A stretch of DNA of 64,000 nucleotides from Laetmonice hystrix. Taxonomy: Eukaryota. Shown here piece by piece: positions 24,385 through 37,338 of the stretch. The notes under the pieces are model-generated. The model searched no databases. It was not told where the DNA came from and saw only the letters and a list, made by a program, of their open reading frames with translations. The position numbers and the translations under genes are program-made. The stretch lies in assembly GCA_965235115.1 (NCBI GenBank), contig OZ249436.1, positions 37,202,001 to 37,266,000 of the forward strand, written 5' to 3'. Within the stretch, counting starts at the first letter, position 1; the number at the start of each line of letters is the position of its first letter.

Positions 24385-24690
24385 CTTTTCGTCCGTTGAT
24401 GATAAAAACCTGTATATGATCTCGGTTGAAGTAGTCCTGCGTGTCCTGACAAGTGTATATTCCGCTGTCAGTTGTCGAGGCGTTATGAATGATTAGGACA
24501 CTCTGGACAGCACGACCTGCTGCGATTCTGGTAGTGGTTATCCTATGACTGAGACTCGGCATGACGGACAGGCCTCCATGACGCCATTCCACCATGTCGT
24601 TCCCGCCGGCTTCGCATTTCATGGCGAATTTGGTACCCTTTGGTACTCGGACGAAATCACCCCTAGGCTCAGTGATGAGTACGTCACGGC
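24385..24690 (-). CDS. Multi-Ig protein exon 4 (Ig3)
   Basis: ttgcag|GC...AAA G|gttagg, 306 nt. FAMKC..VEWRHGG..DSGIYTC. Confidence 0.9.
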
Positions 24691-24854
24691 CTGCAATTTG
24701 TATGTTCCATTACCGTAAGTCGATTACCTTGTGGAATGTCACTACGAATGATTGTCAGCACAAGACCTAACGATTAAGCAGTAAATGGGAATGACATAAG
24801 GGCATGATCTTGTACAGTAGTCCATATATCTACAGTCTAAATATTTATACGTAC

Positions 24855-25151
24855 TGGTATTGGCTGGGGACACAATGAGTTCGATTTCGTCCCTTAGGAA
24901 CGTGTCTATTTTGTCCTGACATCGATAATGGCCAGAGTCGCCCTGACGAACGTTCAGAACGGTCAGCAGGCTTGTCGACGTACTCTCGGTCGAGTCTCGC
25001 GAGTACGAGATGATCACTCGAGAAGATGGCGTCGCAGGTCGACCTTTGTGGAACCACGTCAGCTCGGCGGAGTCGTTACCGCTACATTTTATGGTGACTG
25101 CTCCACCCTCTCCAACAACTGTCATGTTACCGTCCGGCTGTGTTATCTGAA
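24855..25151 (-). CDS. Multi-Ig protein exon 3 (Ig2)
   Basis: tgcag|TT...ACC A|gtacgt, 297 nt. VTIKC..LTWFHKG..DSGHYRC. The acceptor has a weak pyrimidine tract. Confidence 0.85.
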
Positions 25152-25789
25152 CTGCATTTTTTATGAGACCAATGAAGGAGCAATTTGGAGAACGACGATT
25201 CCATAGATGTTAAGGACACCAAATGGTCCCATGCACATATCTATCCAGCACATGTTTAATTAATATGTATCATTAGTTAGTGGTCAACCATGCCTAGAAC
25301 ATTCTAGAACTGTCATTTCTGTAAATAGTTTCAGCTAAATCTGCTTAACAAGACAGACTTCATGTCAAGTAGGCTATATCTTGGGCTATATGATACAGGG
25401 ATGTATCCACTAAGCCGGCCAGTCAGGCGGCCACCCGGTGTCAAAATCTTAACATGGTATAGGCTAACTTTTATGGTTGGCTATAGTATACAAAATTAGT
25501 CATACATACTGCATTATATTTGTATGTGTTCACATTAGGAAACTGATATTAGAGCCGTGCATGTTTTTGGACTCGGGTATTGAATACGGCCTTGGTATTA
25601 CGACAGCATTGGTCTCGTCAGAATTACACGAAATAAATTACCTTGAATCGCGACCGAACTAACCATTGTTTGCATGAAATACAAGTGTAATGTCCATAGT
25701 ATTAGTAAACAAAAAGCGATGTTATAAAGCAAAGATTCCCCAAATTATCACCGGATCCATTATATAAATAACTTTAATCAGGTCCGAAC

Positions 25790-26150
25790 CATTGGTTACC
25801 ACAAAATGTCATCGATGATACAAGACGTTCCTTGAATCATTGCCGAACCCAGTATAGTATTTCTAACCATAAAATATGTCCGGTGCATGATACAAGAAAT
25901 ACCTTTAGTCAATACCGAGCCCAGCGTATTGGTAACCGTATTATGTCCGGTGTACCAAATACCATGAATCATTACCGAGCCCAGCATAGTGTTGGTAACC
26001 ACAAAATATTTATTATGTACATTTTGTATACGGTGATACGAGAAGTGCCTTGAATGATTACCGAATTCAGCAGAATATTTCTAACTATAAAATACGTCCC
26101 GTAACACAAGGAATATCTTGATCATTGCCGAATTCAGCAAAGCTAAAACC
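25790..26150. repeat. Degenerate tandem repeat of about 65-80 bp
   Basis: Recurring (a)atcattaccgagcccagcatagt...taaccataaaata variants, about 5 copies. Confidence 0.6.
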
Positions 26151-26677
26151 TACATCCTATAACCCGAGAATATCTCTCTGATTCAATACTACCATGTTGT
26201 GATGGTGAAAGTGCTTCTGTAATCCCAGGCCTATACTGCTTAATTATAAAACCTATATGCTAAGCTAAACTCCTGAATATTGTTTGAAATATCTCAATAC
26301 GCCATTTACATGTCCCCTAGAATTCATGCAGCCGGATTATTTTAACCCTTCCCATCTTGTGCAATGTATTTTGAGCAGCCAGTTATTTGACTAAGAAATT
26401 GAAGTTTGTCTGGAATTACCTGCATAGTAATATCTTATTTACTCTCTCTCTCTGAGTGAACTAAAAAGCAGTTAAAAGTACAGATGATCAGAATAGAATA
26501 ATCTCGACTCGAATAGTAATGGAGTGTTTCTCCCTTGTCTTAAAAGGAGCATCAGTACGTTTCATAAAAAAGGCTGAAGCTCATTTAGTTTTGAGTCCAA
26601 ACCAATTCCACCATTGCTGTGAGGATTTTCCATTTAATACAAATGTTTAGAACGTAATGATGAGCGTGTGACGCCGA

Positions 26678-27216
26678 AAGGGCCTTGTCCACTGAGCTTG
26701 CGGTCCTGCGATTTACCTTGCGGTGCGGCAGTCGCAGAGCCTTTGTGTCTCCGTAACCAGACGCACCACAGTCAGTGGACAAGGCACTCGCATCGTCGCA
26801 GCGGCGGCTTGCGGCAATATCAAAAAGTTTTGATATTGCAATACATCTTCGACGGCCGCAAGGAAAAATTAATTATCCTGTGATTTTAACATTTGAATTT
26901 GGCGCTGACGTTTGTGTGCATCCTGTCATTTTTCTGTCATTTGTGTACGACCGAGGGCCTCTGATCACATGACAGACCTGAGGCCAGCTAGGTCCGAACA
27001 CGATCATTATTTTTTGCTTGCTGCCGTCGCAAATGTATGCTGCAATATCTTTGTTTTATATTGCCGTAGGCCACCGCTGATACGATGTCGACTGCCTTGT
27101 CCACTGTCTGGGAGACGCCAAGGCTCTGCGACTGCCGCACAGCAAGGAAAGTCGCTAGACCGCAAGCTCAGTGGACAAGGACCTTTAGGACCGCAAGCTC
27201 AGTGAACAAGGCCCTT
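26678..27216. mobile_element. MITE with long TIRs and a duplicated right terminus
   Basis: aagggccttgtccactgagcttgcggtc...gaccgcaagctcagtgaacaaggccctt. The terminal 31 nt or so occur twice (27158 and 27189). Confidence 0.8.
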
Positions 27217-28330
27217 AAGGACCAGCCTGGGTGTATTGACTGAGAGCGAACGAGTTTACTGCCTGGTCGGTAAAATTCATATTTTCGGGGCTAGTAGGCC
27301 TACATTTTAGAGCAGCATAATTATCTCCAATTTCATGTTTCAGTCCATGTGTCATAATAACGAGTGTATAGATCTATTATATGAAGAAGAAATCCGGAAA
27401 CCAGGATATGGTGACCCATTCCTTTCCATGAACCGGAATAGTTTTTTTCAGCGCCATGCCCGACCGCCACTCAACTCTGGAGTACCCTGAAAACACCGCC
27501 CTCCTCAAGTAAGTATATTCGACACGAGACACGAGAATCCATTTGTGACCGGCTATGTGATCGCCCCGCCTATCTCAGACAATATCCCCCTCTATAAATC
27601 ATTACGAATTAGAACCTCCAACGTCATATCTGCATGTCGACCCCAAGGAGGGTTGTGGATGTTTAGGTTGGACCATCAAAGTCTAAATAGTATGCAATCT
27701 GAAGAGGTAAAAGGGAGTTGCATCTCAAATAGTGCAATAACGGCCCCTAGCCCCTAGCCTCACCCCACCGCGCCCCCGGCCCCACCCCCACCGCGCCCCC
27801 GGCCCTTGGCTTCGGCTATACTACTGGAACCAGACAGTCGTGGTAATCGGAAATTACCTGACAGCGTGGCGGTCAGGTAATATTACACTGGCGCCCCCTG
27901 GTGGGAAAACCCGAAACCAACTCTCGTACGACGGTAACTCCCCTCGTTAGATCCAGTTTTGTGGTTTATCAGTGTTATGCCAACCGGAGTTATTTCAGAA
28001 CCCCCCGAAAAGGAAGGTCACTTTTTAGTTCATCCACAAAACGATGTCGTCATAGACTTTTCCGTGGCTTATAACCACTGCCTTTATAACCTCTTTATGA
28101 GGACTCCTTTATGTGGCACGACTGACCAAGGCTAGCTATTAATCTGTAGGCCTACTATACCTAACTGCTAATTATTATCACGGTTCCAGTAAAGTTCTGA
28201 CTTAAAGAAATAACTAATGAGACATCCGTCTGAGCAGGGTCATTAAGGCAGTACTGATCAAAGCATTATAGCAGGCACATAATGACGCCACGTCTCCGCC
28301 AGGGGGCGCGTCAGTCTCAGCCCGTGAGAT

Positions 28331-28954
28331 ACGTTCGTATTACGGAACCAATCTCATATAACGGGTTACCACGAGTACATATCATGGCCAGATGGAGCAA
28401 TCAGAAAGCAGCATAGTTACTGGAACTGTGATAAACGTTCGTATTACGGAACCAATCTCATATAACGGGTTACCACGAGTACATATCATGGCCAGATGGA
28501 GCAATCAGAAAGCAGCATAGTTACTGGAACTGTGATAAACGTTCGTATTACGGAACCAATCTCATATAACGGGTTACCACGAGTGCATATCATGGCCAGA
28601 TGGAGCAATCAGAAAGCAGCATAGTTACTGGAACTGTGATAAACGTTCGTATTACGGAACCAATCTCATATAACGGGTTACCACGAGTACATATCATGGC
28701 CAGATGGAGCAATCAGAAAGCAGCATAGTTACTGGAACTGTGATAAACGTTCGTATTACGGAACCAATCTCATATAACGGGTTACCACGAGTACATATCA
28801 TGGCCAGATGGAGCAATCAGAAAGCAGCATAGTTACTGGAACTGTGATAAACGTTCGTATTACGGAACCAATCTCATATAACGGGTTACCACGAGTACAT
28901 ATCATGACCAGATGGAGCAATCCGAAAGCAGCATAGTTACTGGAACTGTGATAA
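28331..28954 (+). repeat. 104-bp tandem repeat x6 (amplified right end of a TIR element starting at 28175)
   Basis: Copies start at 28331, 28435, 28539, 28643, 28747 and 28851. Each ends ttactggaactgtgataa, the 17/18 inverse of ttatcacggttccagtaa at 28175-28192. Confidence 0.9.
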
Positions 28955-29208
28955 AATCAGATTAACTAAATGTGCGACGAGACGCCAGACGTACGGCCTT
29001 CTCGTTTCGAGTGCCACTAAAGCCAATGTTTTTACGACGTTTCGGCAACTAAAGCCATCTTCGCGACTCTTGTGAAGAATTCTATGGAATGAAGTAAGGA
29101 TCTATAGCTCTCAAACAGCAATGAAACTCTATCCAGTGGACAGCCGTACTTCACAACACGGTTCTAGGCATACAACTCCACACTTTCCAGTCAACATTCA
29201 AATACATG

Positions 29209-29443
29209 TAATTACTACTGTTTAAGATACAGGGAAATCGGTTAAACATCGCCACTGAGAGCCTATAAACCACCATGGCTCCGATTCAAGTAAATTACTA
29301 CTATTTGAGAGATAGAAAAGTCGGTTAAACCTCACCCACTGGCCTAACCACCATGGCTCCGATTTAAGTAAATTACTACTATTTAAGAGATAGAAAAATC
29401 GGTTAAATCTCACCCACTGAGGGCCTAACCCACCATGGCTCTG
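29209..29443 (+). repeat. Degenerate tandem repeat of about 80 bp x3
   Basis: taaattactactattt...tcggttaaa...ccactg...ccaccatggctc recurs three times. Confidence 0.8.
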
Positions 29444-30463
29444 ATAGAGGCCAGATAATAAATTATAGGGTTTCTTACTCACGCCGACATTACTCGTGGC
29501 TTGTGCCAGTTCTTCCCATTCCGTTATTTTTAATGTTTGAAGGTATTTTGTGGATTAGGTTGCCTAGATTCCACCTGATAAAGTCGTGTTTATAATCATA
29601 GACGCCATATCGACGCGTGCTGCTTTGACTTATTCAAACAACACCAGATTACACCACTGCTGTCAGTGTGTTGTTCCAGTAACAGAGCTGCATTATTAGT
29701 TATCGCGAGTGGCACTCTGATCTAGGCGACAGTTTATAAAGAGGTCGGAAAGAGAAATATTGAGGAATAATCTACCGCTAAGGAATATAAATCCACAAAA
29801 AAAATATTTTGATTACAGTTTGTACTTCGGTAAGAGCAAGCGTGTACGTGACACACAATATTTTCTTTTCCTTCAAGATGTTACCTTTTCCATAATAACT
29901 TAGGCCGCGTTCACATTGGAGGCTTGTTCCGACGCCTACCCGCTATTTCGGGTGGCCACCTGTAGGCCTATATGAACGCAATCATCCGACATAACTTACG
30001 TCGAGTAAGCCCCCGAGTTACATCGGGTAAATTGGGGGCATAGCTATGTCGGTAGACTACTTACGTCGCGTACCTTCAATCTGAACGCTCGCTTGCCAAC
30101 ATAGTGCACCATAGTGCACCATTTTTTCTTAAAAATCAATCTTGAAATGACCTTTTCTCTGCAAAATAGATTCCGTCTAAACAAACCCCCTATTTAGACT
30201 CCAACATATATATACGTTTGACATGTAAAATTACTTTTGTCTACGAAATAAGGTATGGCTAACACAGCTCTAACTTTGACTTTCTTACGCCGCATAAGAA
30301 GATAAAGACCCCACAAAATTAACGAAACACGTATAGACCCTGTTGGGTTGTTCACATTAATTGTTTCTTGGTAGGCCTGCCTAGATAAGGTAATTTCTTT
30401 TCAGCTGTCAATCACTTACCAATCAGCTGTTAATCACGTACCAGTCAGCTGTTAATCACTTAC

Positions 30464-30781
30464 CAGTGGGCAAAGAAGTCGGACCTCCAGGCAAGCGCAC
30501 GCGAACGTGATCATAGTCGTAGAAGTTGGCCGTGTTACTGCATTGATACCTGCCCGCAGCGCCATCTGCCGCCCGGCGCACAGACAGCACGAGCCTGGCG
30601 CCACCTGGAGTGTTGAAAGGTAACAACCTCCACTGCGGCCCACCGTTTGTCACGCGCCGTCCATTGCGGTACCACTGGAGAGGCTCGTCACTGTCGGACG
30701 AACACGTCAGTGAAAACCCCCGACCACGCTGGACTAGGATCGTGCCCGCGCCCTTGTTGGCAATCGTCACCTTTCCGTGGA
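30464..30781 (-). CDS. Multi-Ig protein exon 2 (end of signal peptide and Ig1)
   Basis: ttttacag|TC...ACT G|gtaagt, 318 nt. VHG-KVTI..FSLTC..LQWYRNG..AGRYQC. Confidence 0.9.
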
Positions 30782-32340
30782 CTGTAAAATATAGGGCATT
30801 CCACGGATGGCAGGGATGGTTCAATAGCTGGGACTTTACAAAATGACTGTAGATCATGGGATGTCCCTGTTGTGTCATAAATAGGCTACAGAAATGGGCT
30901 AGGCTATAGACTCATCAGGATAGCCTAGATGTAGGCCTATAAATTATTGGTAGGCCTAAATCACAACATTATAAAATAATTAGGCCTAGACCTCTCTATG
31001 TTTGTTTGGCCTTTTTATAGGGAACCTATTTGATTGATTTATTGAAAAGTAATTAGGGCTAGCCTAGATCTAAACGGGCAACAGGCCTAGGCCTAATTAG
31101 GGCCTAGAGAGTCTAGGTTCGTTAGGTCGCCAGAATTCTAAATGTCACCCCTCCCTTAGGCTATCTTCAAAAGTTAAACAAGAAATGTGCATAAAATTAA
31201 TGTAGCAAGGTCCATTTGGTTAAGGTAAATGTCCGAATAAAAACTTATATGTCGAAACGCTGGCATCAGAGCATGCTCGCGTCCCCTTAGATCTATTGGT
31301 CCGCATTTAGCTCGGAAGTATAGGCCTATAGGCCTACCCCTCCATATCCTGACCACGATACTTCCGGGCCTGATAGCTCATCATATAGGCCCACTGGGTG
31401 TACACTTCAGATCATCTCATGGTTACAAGATCTCTTACGACATTTCAGACATTAAAATTTATATATATTGATCTATAATAGACTCCTCCCTATCAATGTT
31501 GGTGACCGAGAAGAAACATATATAGGGGCCTAATGATCGACTGTAGGCCTATAAAATATACAAATTCTAATTTGTTGTTTGTGTTGACTTTATAATAGTT
31601 CTTGACTTTTAACTTCACCCCCTTCCCCACCCCCATTTTAAAACGAGCGTTATACCTCAATTCTAAACGTTAAACTCTTACAATCATTCAATTCCATCAG
31701 TCGTAAAATCAAGAAGTTGTCTTCCTATAGGAGGAAAGTAAAAAGGGAATGCATGCGATGGTCCATTCCACTGACAAGGCCCTTGATGCCTCTTAACCAT
31801 ATGTTTATGGCATCAGATTTAGTGATAATAAACATTTTGCAGACTCGGACTTACTTTAATGACATCGGGTCGCATACATGTGGAGGGCGTCCAGTCAAAA
31901 AGAGCTCAGTGTCCGGACTCCGGAGTATAGAACATTCTGAGGCGCACCTATAGGTGAAGGTTCGACCGGAGGGGGGGGGGGGGGCTGGCGCCCATATAGT
32001 GGCTTTTTATGAGCAGATGCCATTTTAAGTTGACAGAAATGGGAATAGCTCATCAACGTTCCCTTGCGAAACTCGGTCTGCCCCCTCCCCCAACAATAAT
32101 GTACCCTCGGGCATGTTGGATCTAGGCGTTTTGAACACGATGTCGTGTTGAAGCCCATGACAGTGTCATAAATGGACGGATCCTTTCTGCCTTAGGGTCC
32201 TCCAAACCTTTATAAACTCGAATTAAACTCTAGCGGTTAACTTTGCCCTCGTTTAAATGACAAGGCAGAAAAGATTCACGTCATGCCCGTTTAACCATTG
32301 ACCATAACCAATTTCGAAAGAAAAAGAAGTTTCAACTCAC

Positions 32341-32407
32341 CGACGCAAAGAAATAACGCCTGGAGCAAAACAAGATTCGCCCATGCTCTCCAACACGTGA
32401 ACTTCAT
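32341..32407 (-). CDS. Multi-Ig protein exon 1 (signal peptide MKFTCWRAWANLVLLQALFLCV)
   Basis: ATG at 32407 and donor G|gtgagt at 32341. The phase-1 join gives LFLCVVHG-KVT, a plausible cleavage site. Confidence 0.8.
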
Positions 32408-35400
32408 GTTCTAGTGACTTTTGCTCACGAGACGAGAAGACTGAAGGAAGTGTGTACTCGTGAAGACAATGGGACGAAGTGATCGTCAACATCGCATGGT
32501 ATCCAGTGTCGATGGAGGGAGAAGTGGGAGGTGATGCCAGTGGCCCAGTTTGGCGGTTGAAGGCCGTGGCGAACGGTTGCCACGAGACCGGCGGCGGGCG
32601 GGCCCGAGTGCCGGCGGGCATCCTGTTACCAACGTTTGTTTACACCCAACAGTTGTGAGTGCAAGGCATGCGGATACCGGCTGCTGAGCTGGCCGTCGTC
32701 ACCGACGTATGGCCAGCTAACTAACTACGGCCCTCCATGATGAAGAACCTCTGATGAGCGTCCCAACCTTAATACACTATTAGTCATGATAACCTAGAAA
32801 ATCGCCCAAGGGTATAGAACGTGTTAGATGCGGACAACTGCCCGAATTCGGTAGAATCCTGTTGGATATTGCGTCTGCTTATATTACGTTTTTATTTCCC
32901 ATTTTTTATTTATCTTTTATTTTCGGTTTTGCTCACCGGATGTAGAGTCTATTATTGAAGGAGTAGGTACTAGACCTATAATATGTCCCAGCGCTGAAAA
33001 GAACGGACCAGGGAGCGAACAGGTGGTAACTGTTTCTTTTCTCAACAGATTTATAGCCATGGTTACAAGAAAAACAAGAAAAATAACTCTAGGATGCTTC
33101 TAAGCTATCCGTGTTTTTCCGCACGCAGAATTTTTCTGGGTATGTGTCGGAGTAATATTACAAAATGTCAATGCAAGGCAGACGACAGACGATGCCCTAA
33201 GAGCACGGACCACGCAATCGTACAAGACATCAGTCTGGGCATTTATATCAAAGGAAGTGAGACCATTTCCTGGCATCTCAAATGCACCTACTTATATTTT
33301 CCCCCAAAAAAGAACAGAACACAATAGGGTAATAAGGAATAACATGGCGGGGAAACGACCCCCGATTTCTTATCGCCGATTCCATGACAACCACACAATT
33401 GTATAAGTAAACCCGCAGAAATAACTCATGACGAAGAAAAAACGAAACAGACCAACGTACGTTGACGAGTGGCACGTATAGTCGGTCGTTCTATACGGTG
33501 GTAGGCCGATATATCCCCACGGATATTCACACAACACTAATCTGTTTTTCTCCTTTCGTTGCACAATGGTGACACAGAATGGGGCTATTTCTAAAAGTCG
33601 AAGAGTGGATGTTATATACATTTATAAGATTATCACTGCATGATATAATAAGGAAGACATATACCATGAACTGCATATGTTTTCCAAGGCGTTGCATACA
33701 GCGAATACTTATAGCTCCTAGCGCCGTAACAGTGCCAGCTAAATATATTGCGCTTGGTCTGAGGATGTGACAGTGTTTGGGTAATGGTTTAAATAACACC
33801 GTACATCTCGTACAGTATGGATGTGTAGTGTACACCCTACCCCTCTCTAAAGTTATCCCACCCCCTCGAACTCTTAAAACAGTTTTTACAAAAGGTTCGT
33901 GTTATTTGGTTTTAGTCAGTACCTTAGACATTTGTAAGACGGGTGAAAAACGTTCAAAGAGCTAGGGGTTCTTAGACTATATCATGTTGGGGGGGGGGGG
34001 GGGCATGAGGTAATCAACATTTAGGAGTTCGCTACCATTATATTTTGTCCTGACCTTTTTTACTTTATGTTTATTTTTTTTTTATATATACATGTATATT
34101 TCCATTCTTAAATTTGTACAGTTTTCCAAAATCACCACAATCCAAGGGAAAAGTATATCTGCCCCACCGGTACCCAGAACATTCCCATGTTCCCTTCCAT
34201 TGTCACATCCCTGGATTTGTATCACACAACAAGACACGTTGAAATCGGGCTTATCAGAAAACCTTTAATTTTCAACATACTGACATCCATGTCTATACAG
34301 AAAGAAAAAATTTTCCTAAGTGGTTCTGTACACTCTTTTCAGACGTATTACTGTAATTTGCACTTTCTTTTGGTAAAAACCGCAAATGTTATTTACAGTA
34401 ACTGGTGTGGAACACACAGTGGTGTGTGTTTCTACATGCATGGACCGTGAACAATGTGTAGAAGATATACGATGATCAGGATGATATCTTGGCACATAAG
34501 AAAATCCCACACCATTTCACAAGTATCACATTTCGTGGCTTGTCGATCACTAATACTGTGTAGAAAATGAGTTAGGGCTCCTTCTTGAATCAGAAATTTA
34601 TTTAACAAACACGTGGTGTCTTTGTACTCGGGTAAAATATTTTATTTTTTTTTTGTCTTCATTTAAACATTATTCTCCTCAATCAGAAATGAATTTCTCC
34701 CAAATATTTTCACTCACTGTCCTAAACAAACGCCGCTGGGATACAGACCCCGCAAGTAAAGAGAAAGGTATTACCGTCTAAACACACATAAATACCCCCC
34801 CCCCCCCCCATCCCGCCCAACATATCATGGACTTAAAAATAGCTTTAATGGCAGGTTGAAATTTCGTTCTCTGAGACCAGAATCATAACATACATACAGA
34901 AATATAGGTTGATAAGATGTCGACTTATAAATACATGGTCCGCTTGCGGCGGAATTTACTGAAATCAAGTTTTTTGAAACTCTACCCGCTGTCATATACC
35001 ATTCGTGCCGCTTTAATTTGATCTGACATTTAATGGGGGAAAGCGATGGTTCCATGCAATTGTTACTCTAGTCTGTGGCAATGATCTAAACTGCCGTGTA
35101 GGTAGGTAGTGGTGAACGTACACGTTGTGCTTTCAAAGTCTAAATATATACATTAAATGACTTCTCCATGTTGATCGTTTGAAGGTCAGCGAATTGTTCC
35201 CAACCAACGCCCAAATGAGCTCCTATTGTTCATTTCTACTGTGCATTTCTAATTACTATAATTATACATGGGTGAGAGTAGGAAAACTCCCCTGCTCAGG
35301 TGATATTTAGTCTACGTGATAACCCCTGCCAACGTTTTAAAACTTCTTATTCTTGCAACTCCTCTTTTATATTTCTCTCCCTCATTTTTTTGAATTTCAG

Positions 35401-37338
35401 CTTTGCAAACGGAAGGCTGCTGTAAGAATTTTGTCGGTGAAATATCCTAGCATTACGTGGTCAGACTTCGTCGTAGTCTCTTAACTTCAGGTTACCATTT
35501 GTATATCACTAACTTAACCAACTGCTAATCGACTTCTTCCAGGTGAACGTAACAACAAAACATTTCACTCGGCCCGTTTAACAAAAAAACCTGTCCCATA
35601 CAACAGTGCTCAACCGGTCGCAACCGTTAGATGTGCGGCCAAAAGACAATGTGACATTAGGGGGAATCCCTTATTATTATTATAATATGATTATCACTCT
35701 TTCATATCAAAGCCATCACATAGACAACTGGGGTTGTGTTATTCATATTACCTAATGGATGGGGTTCACACTGAGGAATTGGACATAATTCTTCTTGGAC
35801 ATCATAAATATTTAGTCTCTGCATTACTAATAATGCAGTGTGCACAACATATTAATATTCATAAGTTAGGAATAAGGAAACGGAATCACCGGATAAATGC
35901 TAACATCTGCAGTAAAATGGAAAAAGGTCTTGCCTCTTGAAAATGGAAAATAAAATATACCGAGCCTATACGTATTTATTGTAATAATAATATGTAGCCT
36001 ACATGAATTATTTATCACAACACAAGTCAAAACGGAGACCAAACACAAACATATCAAACACAGACCAAAATTGGAAGAAAAGATCTACTTCTTAATGTGC
36101 AAGATTTATACAAAACCTTTCGGATGCGGATTGCAGCAGTCCAAATCAGGCGTCCAGAACAGCGGTACAATTATATACCTTCCTGCCATACCGTTGCTGT
36201 GCACAGTGCATAATTACAGGGGAAATGGAAAAGGGGCAATTAAAGGGAGGAAATATGGATCTAGGGTTGAACTTTACCGGGGCTAAGTCGTCTTGGCTTT
36301 CTATGGGTGCCGAGTTTTCTACGGGGAGCTATCGGGTAATCTCATTTGGTAATTCTTGAACAACATGCGAGACATAACAAAGGTGTACATAAAGATAAAA
36401 ATGTACATGTTTGTAACAAATAAAAATTATTATTTCATTTTTTTGTATTGCTTTTTTGTATACCACTGTCAGTCTAAACTGACCAATTTGGCTCAACCCT
36501 TTCGGAGTCTTTAGATCAACTAAAGAGATCGGTGCATTTCGGTGAGATATTGCTCTACGGGTATGTATAGAGCGGAAACAGTAATACCTCTTGATCCATC
36601 TGCACTTGACTCGCTTGTTTTATTTATTTTTTTCTCTCTCTCTCTTTTTTTTAATGATTTCAGTACTGCAAAATTTAAGTTCTGCAACAAGACTGCATCA
36701 TCGTAGTCGGTAGGAACCCCTCCATAGGGGTCATCTTCTGTTTGACGTTATAACCTTCCACATGCACTTAGTTCCATAACACTTCAAGTGTATTTGTCGA
36801 AGAGAACCACAGTTCCTGAGCTAACATCAGAACATATACAAACACATCGTGCAGAAGATACTGTAGATCACGAGTGACGTCAAGCTCTACGTATAAATGT
36901 ATCACATTTTGTCCTCGTCCACCATGCTGGATCCAAGTCTCAAGACTTATACAAAAACATTTCATTAACTCTTTCCCTCTTTGCTTTTATGAAAACGTGT
37001 TGGGTGTTTCCACAAATCCTTACAAAATCTGACGTCTACTAGTAGCACTACTTTTTCTTCAACCGTGAATCGGATAAAATGTCCAACTAAAATAAGAAGC
37101 AAGTGAAGATGGTTATGGGGATTAATATAGACTTTGGCTTTAGTGGTTCTATTGGCATCGTTTGTGATGATAATGGTAACATGGAAGTTGACTTAACAAA
37201 GTCTACTTCTCGCATAGTTTAACGTTAAAAAGGTCTAGGGACTATCTTGGCTTGCTCGCAACTACAGAAATGCCGTGATATGAAATATATATTATTATGC
37301 ACTATATTTTCTAACATTCTCCTCTTTATGTACAATTA

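Noticed and set aside
29481..29575. Candidate small extra exon of the Ig gene (cag...gtgagt)
   Set aside because: Stop codons in all three frames.
16735..30781. Dscam-like mutually exclusive Ig exon cluster
   Set aside because: The exons join into one continuous frame with linkers, the first carries the signal-peptide end and the last the stop, and they are quite divergent. Constitutive tandem domains are the simpler reading, though skipping is not excluded.
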